A DNA stretch of 64,000 bases from Octopus sinensis (taxonomy: Eukaryota). Below the pieces are notes generated by a model. The model searched no databases and was not told where the DNA came from. It was given only the letters and a program-made list of their open reading frames with translations. The stretch spans positions 8,246,001 through 8,310,000 of the forward strand of contig NC_043003.1 in NCBI RefSeq assembly GCF_006345805.1, read 5' to 3'. Made by a program: the position numbers and the translations under genes. Shown here piece by piece: positions 26,085-38,249 of this stretch; the first letter of the stretch is position 1, and every line of letters starts with the position of its first letter.

Positions 26085-26280
26085 TATCCAACATCGCTTG
26101 ACAACCGGTGGTGGTGTGTTTACATCCCCGTAACTTAGTAGTTCGGCAAAAGACACCGATAGAATAAGTAGTAGGATTACAAAGAATAAGTCCTGGGTGT
26201 CGATTTGCTCGACTAAAGGCGGTGCTCCAGCGTGGTCGCAGTCAAATGACTAAAACATGTGAAAGAGTAAAAGAGAATAT
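26085..26280 (+). mobile_element. SINE family B 3' half
   Basis: Homology; AGTAAAAG-type tail. Confidence 0.85.
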
Positions 26281-26429
26281 GTATGTATTTATATATGTAC
26301 GTATGTATGTATGTATGTGTTTGTATGTATGTATGTATGTATGTATGTATGTATGTATGTATGTATGTATGTATGTATGTATGTATGTGTGTATGTATGT
26401 GTGTATGTATTAACAAATTTCAGCTGCTT

Positions 26430-26690
26430 AATGCACTGCTGTTACGGTGGGGAAAAATTTTCTTTTATAGTAAAAAGTTGTGAAATCACAAAGTTCGTTC
26501 AGTGACGTCACCATCTCTCAGGAATTGACGCTTCGAGTGTTTTAAGTACACTTCATTGAGAAGAGTCAAAAATCTCGAAGTATCGATGCCTGTGATTCTC
26601 GAGAGATGGTGACACTGAACGAATACGTTATTTCACACCTTTTTACCATAAGAGAGATTATTTTTCTCTACGGTAACCGCAATGCATTTC
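26430..26690. mobile_element. MITE-like imperfect fold-back element
   Basis: Left AATGCACTGCTGTTAC..TTCGTTCAGTGACGTCACCATCTCTC pairs with right GAGAGATGGTGACACTGAACGAA..GTAACCGCAATGCATT. Confidence 0.6.
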
Positions 26691-27202
26691 CCATTAGCAA
26701 TCGAAATATGTGACAAACATACTTCAATTAACCTAAATTCTGCTCACATACATATATATGTGTGTGTGCGTGTGTACGTGTGTGTGTTTGTGCATGTGTA
26801 TGTGTGTGTGTGTGTGAGTGAGAGAGAGAGAGGAAACAGTATCCTCGTGCCAAGTTCATTCTCTGGGCGTTGGTTGGCCATGAGCTATAGCAAAAAAAAT
26901 CCTTACCCAATGTGCCACGCAGAAGGGCTTAACCTGGGCAACGTGGATACAAAGTGATCGCCTTACCCGCATTCATGCCGCTCCATAGTATTATGAAAGT
27001 CATCGTCAGCAGGTCACAAGAATTTCATTGAAATTGTCATCCGAATGAATGCATAAATCTTTGTAATTTATTTATGTTTGGTAAGACTGAAAAATCTTTT
27101 TCCGGGTGAAATATTAATTTAAACATTTCAGTAAGCATACTGTTTTATAACGTTTCCGTTGTTTCAATGTTCTATGCATTGCTGTGTTTTGACAATTGCC
27201 AA

Positions 27203-27244
<42 letters not shown>

Positions 27245-27319
27245 GTGTGTGTGGGGGGGGGGGAGTGTGTGCGTGTGTGTATGTATATATATATATATAT
27301 ATATACACATAAATGTGTA

Positions 27320-27620
27320 ATGGTGTGTCTGTCTGTGTGCTTTGGGTTACACTAACTCCTCCCACACCGTCCAACCGATTTTAATAATTTTTGGTACATA
27401 TGTAGATCACATGCCCCGAGATTCAAATAAGGCCGGAATTTTTTGAAAACTCGATAATGCTCAGTTGGCATCGATTTTTGTGAGTTCAATCGGGCGTTTG
27501 AATGGAAATTCCCATAAAGATGTTATTTTTCCTGCAGCTTTTGCATTTTTTCCCGTGTAAAATTTCAACAAAATCGATAGAATAGTCTCTAAAGAAATGC
27601 TTATTTACATTTGTGTCCTC
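27320..27620 (+). mobile_element. Possible Helitron-associated non-autonomous (HINE/DINE-1-like) fragment
   Basis: GTCTGTCTGT..AACTCCTCC..CCAACCGATTTTAATAATTTT and AATTTCAACAAAATCGAT motifs resemble such elements (recognition only). Confidence 0.35.
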
Positions 27621-27699
27621 TTCAAGCCCTCTTAGAAGATTTAAATACAAGATCAGAGGTGGGCTTAACTTCAACACGGAAAAGACGAGCGACGCTGGG

Positions 27700-27870
27700 T
27701 ATAGCAGCTAGTCTAATACATACATTTGGCGAAGACTCGTTGCTTAGTGGTTTCGGTATTCGGCTTAAGGTCGGGAGTTCGATTTCTGGCGACGAATTCT
27801 GTGCTTGAGCAAGACATTTTATTTCAAGTTCCTTCTGTCGATTCAGAGCGCAAGTAATTGTACCTGTAAT
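27700..27870 (+). mobile_element. Degenerate CORE-like SINE
   Basis: GCTTAGTGGTT..GAGTTCGATTTC..CTTGAGCAAGACATTTTATTTC. Confidence 0.6.
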
Positions 27871-27919
27871 TATGGAGGGAATTTTAGGACTTATAAATCT
27901 AATATTCATCGGACTGATT

Positions 27920-27923
27920 AATG

Positions 27924-27965
<42 letters not shown>

Positions 27966-28020
27966 TAATACTAATAATATAATAATAATAATAAGAAGAA
28001 GAAGAAGAAGAAGAAGAAGA
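27920..28020 (+). repeat. (TAA)n-(GAA)n compound microsatellite
   Basis: Direct reading. Confidence 0.95.
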
Positions 28021-28165
28021 CCTTAGGAATGAGAACCCAGGTTGGAAATTTCCCCAAGACACCTGAAGAAGGCTGGAGGGTACATCAGCCGAAACGTTAT
28101 GTTAACAACGAACAAGGTGAGGATAAATGTCCGTCAAATGTAAATAATGTAAATAATGTGCATCT
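28021..28165 (+). mobile_element. (TAA)n-associated minimal-HHR repeat, copy 1
   Basis: 28058-28103: GACAC-CUGAAGA-A-GGCUG..CAGCC-GAAACGUU-AUGUU; homologue at 55420-55565. Confidence 0.68.
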
Positions 28166-28174
28166 ATGGAAGTT

Positions 28175-28380
28175 AGTAAAGCGTCGATTTGGCAGAATCG
28201 TCGGTCAGCACGCCGAACAAAATGCTTAGCGGCATCTCTTCTCATCCTGCGCTTCGAGTTCAAATCCCGCCGAGGTCAGTTTTGCCTTTCATCTTTTCGG
28301 GATTGATAAAATAAATTATCAGTCAAGTTCTAAGGTCAATGTAATCTAGTTGTCCCCTCCTCTCTAAACTGCGAGTCTTG
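28175..28380 (+). mobile_element. Degenerate SINE family A
   Basis: Head and core motifs. Confidence 0.7.
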
Positions 28381-29486
28381 ATCCCTGCCATGGGCCACCG
28401 TCCCTTTCATGGGAAATGCTATAATGTCAGTCACTTATACGCCATGGGAACCGAGTTGTGAAAAGGAGAAAAAAAAAAACAATGTAATGGATATTGGCGC
28501 AATTCAGAAATATAAAACGACGTCTTTTAAACTTTTTATTTAACTATTTCATTTGTTTGCAGGAAGGAAATAAAGATACAAAAAAAAACATTAAAAGAAT
28601 AAAAAATCAAATTATTAAGAAAAAAAAAAACTATAGCAACCTCACTAAGGAAACAAAGACAAAGAAAGAAAATAGGAGTGGCTTAAGCAGCAGAAGATGG
28701 CGGTGGACAGAGTGCCCAGGCGTACACCTCGGAACAAATGACGTGTTCAAGCACACCTTGCGAATATGATTGCAAAGTCTTTGCCTCAGGAAATGGCCAT
28801 CGACATTCACCACAACAACCACCCCCAACATCGCCGGACACATTTCTCATATACAATTATAATTTCATTTACTACTTATAGCAGTTTCCCTTGTCCTCTA
28901 TTTCTGAAATTTTCTGAAATACCATAAATCAAGTCGTAATGGTTAATTGCTTAGAAGAGGTGGTGTTTACGACTGAGAGAGTTGAAGAATGAGACAGAGT
29001 AAACGAGTGTATGTCTGGGCATGTGTTTAAAAGCTACCTGTCTCTGTTACCGTATATTCACTAATATACTTCCATAGAAGTAATAAAATTCACGTTTTAT
29101 TTATCGAATTCACACAAAATAATCAAACACAGAAGCAACAACACATCTTTGATTTGTTTACTTGTCTAGCTATTTATTTAAGCTTATTTTACATGGTTAC
29201 TCACCCACATACATAAAATACCCCCCCCACACACACACACACACACAAACACATTATTCTTTAGAAAGACTAGTACTGACAGAGACTTCGAAGCTTCGAC
29301 TTGCTAAGCCATCGTCGGACACTCCGATGATAGCTTAACTGGTTGAAACTTCGAAGTGACTACCAACAGCATTCTTGTTTAAAAATAATAAGTTTGCGTT
29401 CTACAAAATTATAGAGCAACCCATCTAATTAATGGTAAAAGCGTTTCTATTGTAACTGAATATGAAAACAAACATCAATATATATA

Positions 29487-29534
<48 letters not shown>

Positions 29535-29540
<6 letters not shown>

Positions 29541-29815
29541 CGTCACCGTGACCGACCAGGCTATCAGATGTTGCTACACATCGCTGGTCACAATGCACTT
29601 CGCATTGTTTTAGCCTTCAAATGACGCCACCCCGCTGGCTAAGCGAGCAGGCCAACAGAAGAAAGAGTGACAGAAAGTTGTGGCGAAAGAGTACAGCAGG
29701 GATCGCCACCACCCCTGCCGGAGCTTCGTGGAGCTTTAGGTTTTTTTCGCTCAATAAACACTCAGTACGCCCGGTCTGGGAATCGAAACCGCGACTCTAC
29801 AATCGCGAGTCCACT
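29535..29815 (-). mobile_element. SINE family C-related subfamily
   Basis: Shares the head (GGTTTCGATTCCCAGACCGGG) and AAGCTCCACG block with family C but has a different tail. Confidence 0.75.
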
Positions 29816-29914
29816 GTATATATATATATATATATATCATATATATATATATTATATATATATATAATATATATATACATACATACATACACACATATAA
29901 CTTATATATAATAC

Positions 29915-30155
29915 ATAGGGTAATAATAAATTATTATTACCAGTGGCCTAGCACAAAAAAAAAACGAATTGTCATTAGACTATATATTATTCATATAGAA
30001 ATACAATAAGAGGCTTCCAAATAGGAAAGCCTTGTGCTAGAAAGATCAGTAGAAGTCTCAAAAACCACAAAAAAAGGATTGTGGTTTTTGAGATTCCTAC
30101 TGCTCTTTCTAGCACAACACTTTCCTATTTGGAAGCCTCTTGTTGTATTTCTATA
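29915..30155 (-). repeat. Leader plus 162-bp fold-back (29994-30155) in (TA)n context
   Basis: Arms TATAGAAATACAA..AAAAACCACAA / TTGTGGTTTTT..TTGTATTTCTATA. Confidence 0.85.
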
Positions 30156-30807
30156 ACTTACATATATATAAACATACATATAACTTATAAAATTGGAACT
30201 CACTTTTGCAATTCATTTTCAATATGACGTTTTATCAAACAAGCAATAAAGAATTTTCTGACATTTTCTGTCATCATCAATCTTTTCAAAACAATTAGAT
30301 GTGTCGTCTTCACTCAAATTAAAAGTATGAAAGCCACACAGGGAAAAAAACATATATTAAACGCTGATTCTTATTTTCTCTTGGCCGACATTATACTTTC
30401 CCGCTTGGTAGGCATCGTTGTTTTATGACTGTGCCCTGTAGTCACAGGGAGAAATAATGTATCCCAAGGGGTTCATAACTGACTGATTGAGTTTATTTCT
30501 GTATTCTGTGAGTTTAAGTTATTTTTCTTCGGAATGAGATATCCGGGCGCGGCTGCTTGGTGACTAAAGAGTTGGCACGGCTGACTGGACATTTAAACTG
30601 TTTTGCTGACAGTAATTTTTGGTAAGAGAAAGGGAAAAGAGAGAGAGAGAAAGAAATATAAGTTCATAGATATAGAGAAAAATCTGTCGCAAACGTTTAG
30701 CGAACAGTAAAATTTATCCAAATAAAGGAACAAAGAAAGACCTTTGCACAAGTGTATGACGTCTTAAATACGTTTTTCGTCTTTTTATTTGGATACATAT
30801 AAATATT

Positions 30808-31015
30808 TATTTTTTTATTGCCCACAGGGGGATAAATACAGAGGGGAAAAAGGATAGACAAACGGATAATGTCGATTACATCGACCCCAGTGCGTAACTG
30901 GTACGTATTTCATCGACCCCGAAAGGATGAAAGGCAAAGTCGACCACGGCGGAGTTTGAACTTAGAACGTAACGTCAGACGAAATACCGCTAACCACTCT
31001 TCCAGGTCGCCGCCC
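30808..31015 (-). mobile_element. SINE family A (long tail)
   Basis: Homology. Confidence 0.85.
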
Positions 31016-31170
31016 TATATATATATATATAGAGAGAGAGAGTTTTTGTGTGTGTGCGTGCATATGTGTGTATATATATATATATAATATATATATATAT
31101 ATATGTATAAGGGTGGAAAGGAACACACGAGTTGATATATATGAAAAAACAAGTCAAAAATAGAAAATGC

Positions 31171-31267
31171 TTTTGTTTTATTAGTCTCGAATCCAACAGT
31201 GTTGGTAGTTTTAAAAGCTCAGGTTGTGTACTGTATTGGAAATATCCTATCCCTCTACACTCTCAGG

Positions 31268-31304
<37 letters not shown>

Positions 31305-31349
31305 TATATATATATATATAATATATATATGTATGTAGACTTGTTTTTT

Positions 31350-31383
<34 letters not shown>

Positions 31384-31420
31384 GTATATTTGCATATACG
31401 TATAAATACATATATATATG

Positions 31421-31473
<53 letters not shown>

Positions 31474-31691
31474 ATGTATACGCATCATAAACAAGTGTTA
31501 AAGTCTTTCTTTGTCAATATACTTGGATTGTATTTTACACGTCATTAGATCCATGCGACGGTTTTTTGCCACTATAAACCACGATTTCTACACCTAAATT
31601 TGTTATTAGTCTCGAATCCAACAGTGTTGATAGTTTAAAAGCTCAGGTTGTTTACTGTATTAGAAATATCCTATCCCTCTACGCTCTCAGG

Positions 31692-31696
<5 letters not shown>
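31171..31696. repeat. ~95-bp direct repeat pair, each ending at (TA)n
   Basis: ATTAGTCTCGAATCCAACAGTG...CTCAGGACCTTA at about 31179-31272 and 31606-31696. Confidence 0.85.
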
Positions 31697-31751
<55 letters not shown>

Positions 31752-32771
31752 ATGTATGTATGTATGTAGTATGTATGTATGTATATGTAAAATGATTATA
31801 TATACGCACACACATACTTATATATATGTGTGTGTGTATGCGTGTATGAGTGTGAGGAAGGAATACTTTAAAATGTTGTTTACATAGCGTTGTATCTTCA
31901 TAATAATAAATCAAATTTTTTTTAAAAGATGTCGCTAGTTAAAAATTTAGTTCAAGAATTACTTGAAATTTTAAAATGTTGTCTTCGCAAAGAATTGAAG
32001 AGCTCAGCCTTTGTTACAAAGAATTCTAAACCAACGTAATCGGCTTTAATCTGATATTGTCTTGAAATCTTCTTTCCTTTTGAATTGTCTTTACGCCTTG
32101 AAATTTTCATTTAACCCTGAAATCTCCTTAAGATCTGCCATAACAGGTAAACTATAAGTCTCTTAAAGTTGACATTTTCTTTTGCTGTGAAATCTCCCTT
32201 TAACATTTAGAAATGCAAAATTAAACATGAAAATATTATATTCAAATGCACTAAAATACTTTAAGTAGTCTTAAACTAGCGTTCTAGCAAACTTAAAGCA
32301 TTTTTTTGTTCTGTTATTGTAAAGTTTTATTGTCTTATAACAATAAAATATTTCTTATTCTTTAAAAGATTTGACATTTTAGAAGCTATACAAGCATGAA
32401 GTTGTCTTCTTTAAAATATTTTCAATTTACAAATAATAAACATAATGTCTGCCTTATATTGGAACAATTGGAAATTAGTTTTCATATTTTTGTCTCAGTT
32501 TGGAAATACTAGAATACCATGTTTGTTTTCTTTATTTTAAGAAAACATTGTTATTTTTATATTTTGGCAAATGCGTCTTCTATTAAGAGGGGGGCAAATG
32601 CAACTGTTTGGTGTTTATTCGGTTCTGAAGTGTTTTCGTGACGCACTTAACTATAAATAACCATAATAGTTAAAGAAAGGAAATTGTTTCAGCTTGGTTT
32701 GTAATTAAACACCTGAGCGTGGAATGGGCTCACCAAGAAATTAACAGCGGATTAGAGAGAACATGAAAGTA

Positions 32772-32793
32772 ATAGATAGACAGACAGACAGAC

Positions 32794-32870
<77 letters not shown>

Positions 32871-32891
32871 GATAAATAGATAGATAGTTAA

Positions 32892-32968
<77 letters not shown>
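32772..32968 (+). repeat. (GATA)n array
   Basis: Direct reading; contains the variant GATAAATAGATAGATAGTTAAATAG. Confidence 0.95.
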
Positions 32969-32970
<2 letters not shown>

Positions 32971-33481
32971 GTTTCTTTATTGGCCACACAGGGCTGCACA
33001 CAGATGGGACAAGTTACAAGGTAGAGCTTTTCTTTTGGGGGATGAAGAGAACAAAAAACAAAAGAAAAAAAGGGGGGCGTAGGTTTTCGATCAAGAGGGA
33101 TCGTAAAAGGAAGAAAAAGAACAAAAAAAATTGAATAAAATAAAAAGAATAAAAAGAAAAAAAAAGAAAAGGAAAAGGAACAAAAGGAAAAAAAAATGAA
33201 AAAAGAAGAAAAAAGGGGAAAAAAAGAGGAAAAAAAGGGGAAGAGGAAAAAAAAGAACGATCAATAGGGATTGTGTATCACAGTGTTATGATATATGGTG
33301 TAAAGGGGAAAGCAAGTAAGGTTTATCCGTGGGAAGAAAAGCCTACGAAAAAGACCACGGTAACCTTGGTCAATATTGTTATATGTTACCACATTTGTTT
33401 GCAAGTGGGTAACCCTCTGTTTTCAATTTCTGGGTTCATAGGATTATGCTCAAGGTGGCTTCGTCATTCATACGTGCCATC
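32969..33481 (-). mobile_element. 5'-truncated LINE 3' end (probably L1/Tx1 clade) inserted in (GATA)n
   Basis: Minus strand: ORF end MARMNDEATLSIIL*, T-rich 3' UTR, terminal CAATAAAGAAAC; the clade assignment is from recall, not demonstrable here. Confidence 0.6.
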
Positions 33482-33566
<85 letters not shown>

Positions 33567-33571
33567 GTTAA

Positions 33572-33643
<72 letters not shown>

Positions 33644-33680
33644 GATAGATGGATGGATGAATGGATGGATGGATGGATAG
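33481..33680 (+). repeat. (GATA)n then (GATG)n array
   Basis: Direct reading; same internal variant as 32772-32968. Confidence 0.95.
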
Positions 33681-33901
33681 ATAATACATACATATTGTCT
33701 GTGTTAAGTACATCCTGAACATGGAGCCTTGTATATTTGTTGAAAACCTGCCCCCTCCTCAGTGGAAGTTTTATAATAATTAAAATATAGAAAAGACAAT
33801 ACATACATAGGGTGAGTGCCTCTGTGTGCCTCTGTCATGTGTGCTTCTGTCTCAGAAGAGAGAAACAGACAGAAAGGGTGAGAGAGAGATTGTGTGTTTG
33901 C

Positions 33902-34335
33902 GAGAGAGACAGGGAGAGAAAGTAAAAAGCAGTATGCTAAGAATTGAGAGGCAGAGCTAATATAAGATTTGTAGTAAACATGCAAAAAAGGGGCAAGATT
34001 GAAAGAGTAGGAACGAAGTAAAGTTTGTAATGTCACTGCGGTATTAGTTATCTGTTCTCCCTCTCCCTTCTTCTCTGTCTTTCTCTCCCTTTCTCCTTGC
34101 GGTTGAAGAGTTTGGGATTCTTTCTCTGTATACAATATATGGCGTCTGAAATTATTTCGGTACAGCAGAAAATACAATGAGATATTTTGTGTAGATGTAT
34201 ATATATATATATTTATCTATGTCAGTTCGTATACATATAAATATATCTTCACAATCTATACATAATAGTGCACACACACACACACCACACACATATATAT
34301 ATAACAACACACACACACACACACACCACATATAT

Positions 34336-34368
<33 letters not shown>

Positions 34369-34374
34369 CACATA

Positions 34375-34405
<31 letters not shown>

Positions 34406-34828
34406 GTGTGTGTGTGTATATATATAATATGGTGTGTGTGTGTGTGTGTTGTGTGTGTGTGTGTGCACTATTATGTATAGATATGTGAAGATATATTTAT
34501 ATGTATACGAACTGACATAGATAAATATATATATATATACATCTACACAAAATATCTCATTGTATTTTCTGCTGTACCGAAATAATTTCAGACGCCATAT
34601 ATTTGTATACTGAGAAAGAATCCCAAACTCTTCAACCGCAAGGAGAAAGGGAGAGAAAGACAGAGAAGAAGGGAGAGGGAGAACAGATAACTAATACCGC
34701 AGTGACATTACAAACTTTACTTCGTTCCTACTCTTTCAATCTTGCCCCTTTTTTGCATGTTTACTACAAATCTTATATTAGCTCTGCCTCTCAATTCTTA
34801 GCATACTGCTTTTTACTTTCTCTCCCTA

Positions 34829-34837
<9 letters not shown>
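33902..34837. repeat. ~935-bp near-perfect fold-back (inverted duplication)
   Basis: 33902-~34370 is the reverse complement of ~34400-34837; the centre is a CA/TA/TG microsatellite. Confidence 0.95.
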
Positions 34838-34859
<22 letters not shown>

Positions 34860-34884
34860 TATATATATATATATACTCTTAATG

Positions 34885-35240
34885 ACACCGTCGGTCACGA
34901 ATGACCATGGGTGCACCTAAGAGGTTCCCCTCTGGGGTACAAATCTGGGCGGAAAGTCGTCTCAACGGCGAACGCACATCCTTGGCTTGTTTTTATGGAT
35001 GACCAGCAGTTGCCCATGCATACCAGGCTACCCTCTCCAGCCACCGATGTTATCCAAGGGAAAGGAAAAGACTCGTACAGTTTGGTACCAGTGATGTCGC
35101 AACTCATTTCTACAGCCGTGTGAACTGGAGCAACGCGAAATAAAGTCTCTTGCTCAAGAACACAAACGCAGCCCGATCCGGGAATCGAACTCAGAACCTC
35201 CCGATCGTAAACTCTAACCACTGGGTCATGAGCTTCACAC
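34885..35240 (-). mobile_element. SINE family D, full length
   Basis: tRNA-like head, CORE-like block, homology with 13185-13470. Confidence 0.88.
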
Positions 35241-35255
35241 ACACTAATATACACG

Positions 35256-35294
<39 letters not shown>

Positions 35295-35295
35295 C

Positions 35296-35331
<36 letters not shown>

Positions 35332-36068
35332 CTCCACACACAAACCTATGTATGTATGTATGTATGTATGTATGTATGTATGTTTGTATGTATGTATATG
35401 TGTATGTATGGCAAAATAAGTAGATGAACACCAGCAACACTGGTCCTGTGACATATATTTATGGCCTCTGCCCGGAAATCCGAAAATCCGACAAGCGCCC
35501 ACTACATGTCTGTACTCTAGGCGTAACAACGGGAAACTGACGCGGCATAAGAGCATGAAAATGTTTACGCATGCACAGAAAGGTTGGCCTCACCGCGTAT
35601 ATAATGTTTAAGCAAGTGTCAAGGTAGATTTAATGATGCAAGTCTTGTTAGACATATTCGTAAATATCATAAGGTAATTCTTTGAATTTTAGTAATATAA
35701 AAAATATAAATAAATGAAGGTATTCATGTTTTTTCATTTATTTAGCCTTTTCTCGGTTATTGAACTTTGGTCATGCTCAGCCCCAGTCTTGAAAGTTTTC
35801 ATCGATCATATTGATCATATTTATAATTTTTAATATCGATGCATATTTTGTAAAATTATATTTTTCGACTCGCCATTTTGTAAACATCGACAATGTCATT
35901 GATTTTAATTAACAGAAACATTAAAACATTCTGACAGACACACACATATACAAACTCGCACAAACTCACACATAGATTTTATGATATATGTCTTTGCGTG
36001 AGTGTGTATATGTATATATACACCATGGACTTACATAATATTCTGTCTACCAAATTTCCCTCAAAGTA

Positions 36069-36590
36069 CCGTAAATCCTCGAGTATAGTCCACCCTTGAG
36101 TATAATACGCAGGGGATTTTTAGGAGGCTGTACCTCGGAAAAGCCTAAAGCTTGTGTATAATACGCACCCCTTCTCTAACTTGTGTCATGCGTAATTAAG
36201 CCAGCAGCACCTAGTCGAACAAGCACTTCCACGCATGCGTAATAAAATAATGGTGGTGTTCTTAACTGTTATATGGGAATGTAAATATGTTTGCAAATTG
36301 TTTTTGGTACATGTTATTCTATGTTCTGAATACTTTTATTTTAATAAATGTTGCTTACTGCAAGTTATAGATGATTCTTTTATGAGTTCATTGCTTTCAG
36401 GCTTAGCTTAAGGTATTTTCGCGCCCGACACCATGAAATGCGTCTGAATAAACATTGCCAGACAGCAAATAGAGACTCGGACATTGCTTAGAAAATATTT
36501 TTCATTTTTAACCTCGTATATAGTACACACTAGGGATTTTGACCTTTATAATTTGGGAAACAAATGCGGATTATACTCGAGGATTTACGG
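36069..36590. mobile_element. pogo/Tigger-like non-autonomous DNA transposon (MITE), 522 bp
   Basis: TIRs CCGTAAATCCTCGAGTATA / TATACTCGAGGATTTACGG with TA on both sides; no ORF. Confidence 0.88.
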
Positions 36591-37064
36591 TATTATACAA
36601 TGCTGTAGTTGAAGACATTTATCCAAGTAGAAGATTTTTATGTAGCAAGAATAAACGCATAACGGCTCAGTTAGGAACCGAACTTTTAACCTCCGCCGAT
36701 GTACTGATATGCTTTCTTTCATTTCCTTTGAGAAATGACAGCACTGTTGGACAGCAACTATACTTCGCTCAGAGGAAATATATCCAAGCCTAGCCGTAAG
36801 ACCTTTTCCGTGATATGAAAATATGGATGTAATACAGCGTATATTGTGTCATTGAAGCTGCACCGACATCGTCTCACAGTAGCCGAATAGCATCATAGAT
36901 TGAATGTTTTCCAATTTGTGCCATATTTTAAATTATTTACTTCTTGATGTAAAGTGATAATTAATAGGAAACAACTCAAAGGTTTGGAGTGATGCCAATT
37001 GTATAAGAAGACTTTTACACAGGGTCAATTATCAAATGTTTCAAACAAAATTATACATCAGGCG

Positions 37065-37205
37065 CAGACTTGGCTGTGTGTCAAGAAGTTCGATTCCTAA
37101 TCGCTTGGTTCTAGGTTCAGTCCCACTGCGTAGCACCTTGGGAAAGTGTCTACTTCTATAACCTGATTGACCAAACCTCCTGGGCGGGAACTGAAAGAAT
37201 CGCGT
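37065..37205 (+). mobile_element. SINE family B 5' fragment
   Basis: Homology. Confidence 0.75.
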
Positions 37206-37225
37206 CGCATATATATATATATATA

Positions 37226-37446
37226 TAATTTTAAATGAGGGTGAAAACTGAATATTAATTTGATTAATATCAATTTCAAACCAGTGGTCTAACATATCAA
37301 AATCTGAAGGTTCAGAAAATCATATTACATACATATAAGAGGGATGACCACAATGTGGACAACCCTTATGCTAGAAGTAGATCCGCTATGAACCATAGCA
37401 GATCCACTTTTAGCGTAAGGGTTGTACACGTTGTGGTCATCCCTCT

Positions 37447-37451
<5 letters not shown>
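37226..37451 (-). repeat. Leader plus 119-bp fold-back (37333-37451) between (TA)n tracts
   Basis: ATATAAGAGGGATGACCACAA..GCTATG aac CATAGC..TTGTGGTCATCCCTCTTATAT; the leader shares CCACTGGT and CACCCTCATTT motifs with 1221-2376. Confidence 0.85.
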
Positions 37452-37501
<50 letters not shown>

Positions 37502-38249
37502 TATATAAATATATGTGTGTCTGTATATATATATGCGTTGTGTGTACGTCGTGTGCGTGTGTGTGTCTACGTTTCTTTCCCACCGCAGCAGAAACACCGG
37601 TGTTGGTGCGTTTATAAAAGAAACCGATAGAATGCTTACGAACCTTAACATAAAAACCAAAATGCATAAGTAGTGAGGCCTGTTCTTTCGACTAAAATTC
37701 TTTTTCAATGCTGTGTCCAAGAGTTGCTGCAGTCTAATGATTGAAACCAAATAAAAGATTTAAAGTTTCATAGATCTCTAGAAGCATTCAGCCATTTCGG
37801 AGTTTTTAAAATAGCCAAGGGATTTACAAGAGTAGTGCGTGCTAGTGACATAAAAAATGTTTTCCCATCACGATGAAGGGCAACAAGGGTTATTACATAA
37901 AGAAGAAACTGCTAAACTATTTCTGAAATAAATTTCCCTGACATTTTATCTAAGAATAAAACTGATGCTCGCTTGCTAACATTCGCCTACATCTATAATA
38001 TAATAATTATGCTTTCAAACATTTATAATCAATCACATCTTCTCATTGCAAATTACGTATCATGGACTAGTTTTCTTTAAACTTTAAATAACTTTCATAG
38101 ATTTTATAATAATGACCTGACAACTTGACAATACTATTATCTTTCGCGCTAAATATTTATCTCTAATTATACTTTCGTGTATAGAAGAAAATTACATACA
38201 TTAAAAAGGTTGCAAGAAGCAACGAAAATTCTGGAAGAAAAAATATATA

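Noticed and set aside
29310-29360. HHR-like CCGAUGA..GAAACUUCGAAGU
   Set aside because: G at position 17, poor stem I, single copy
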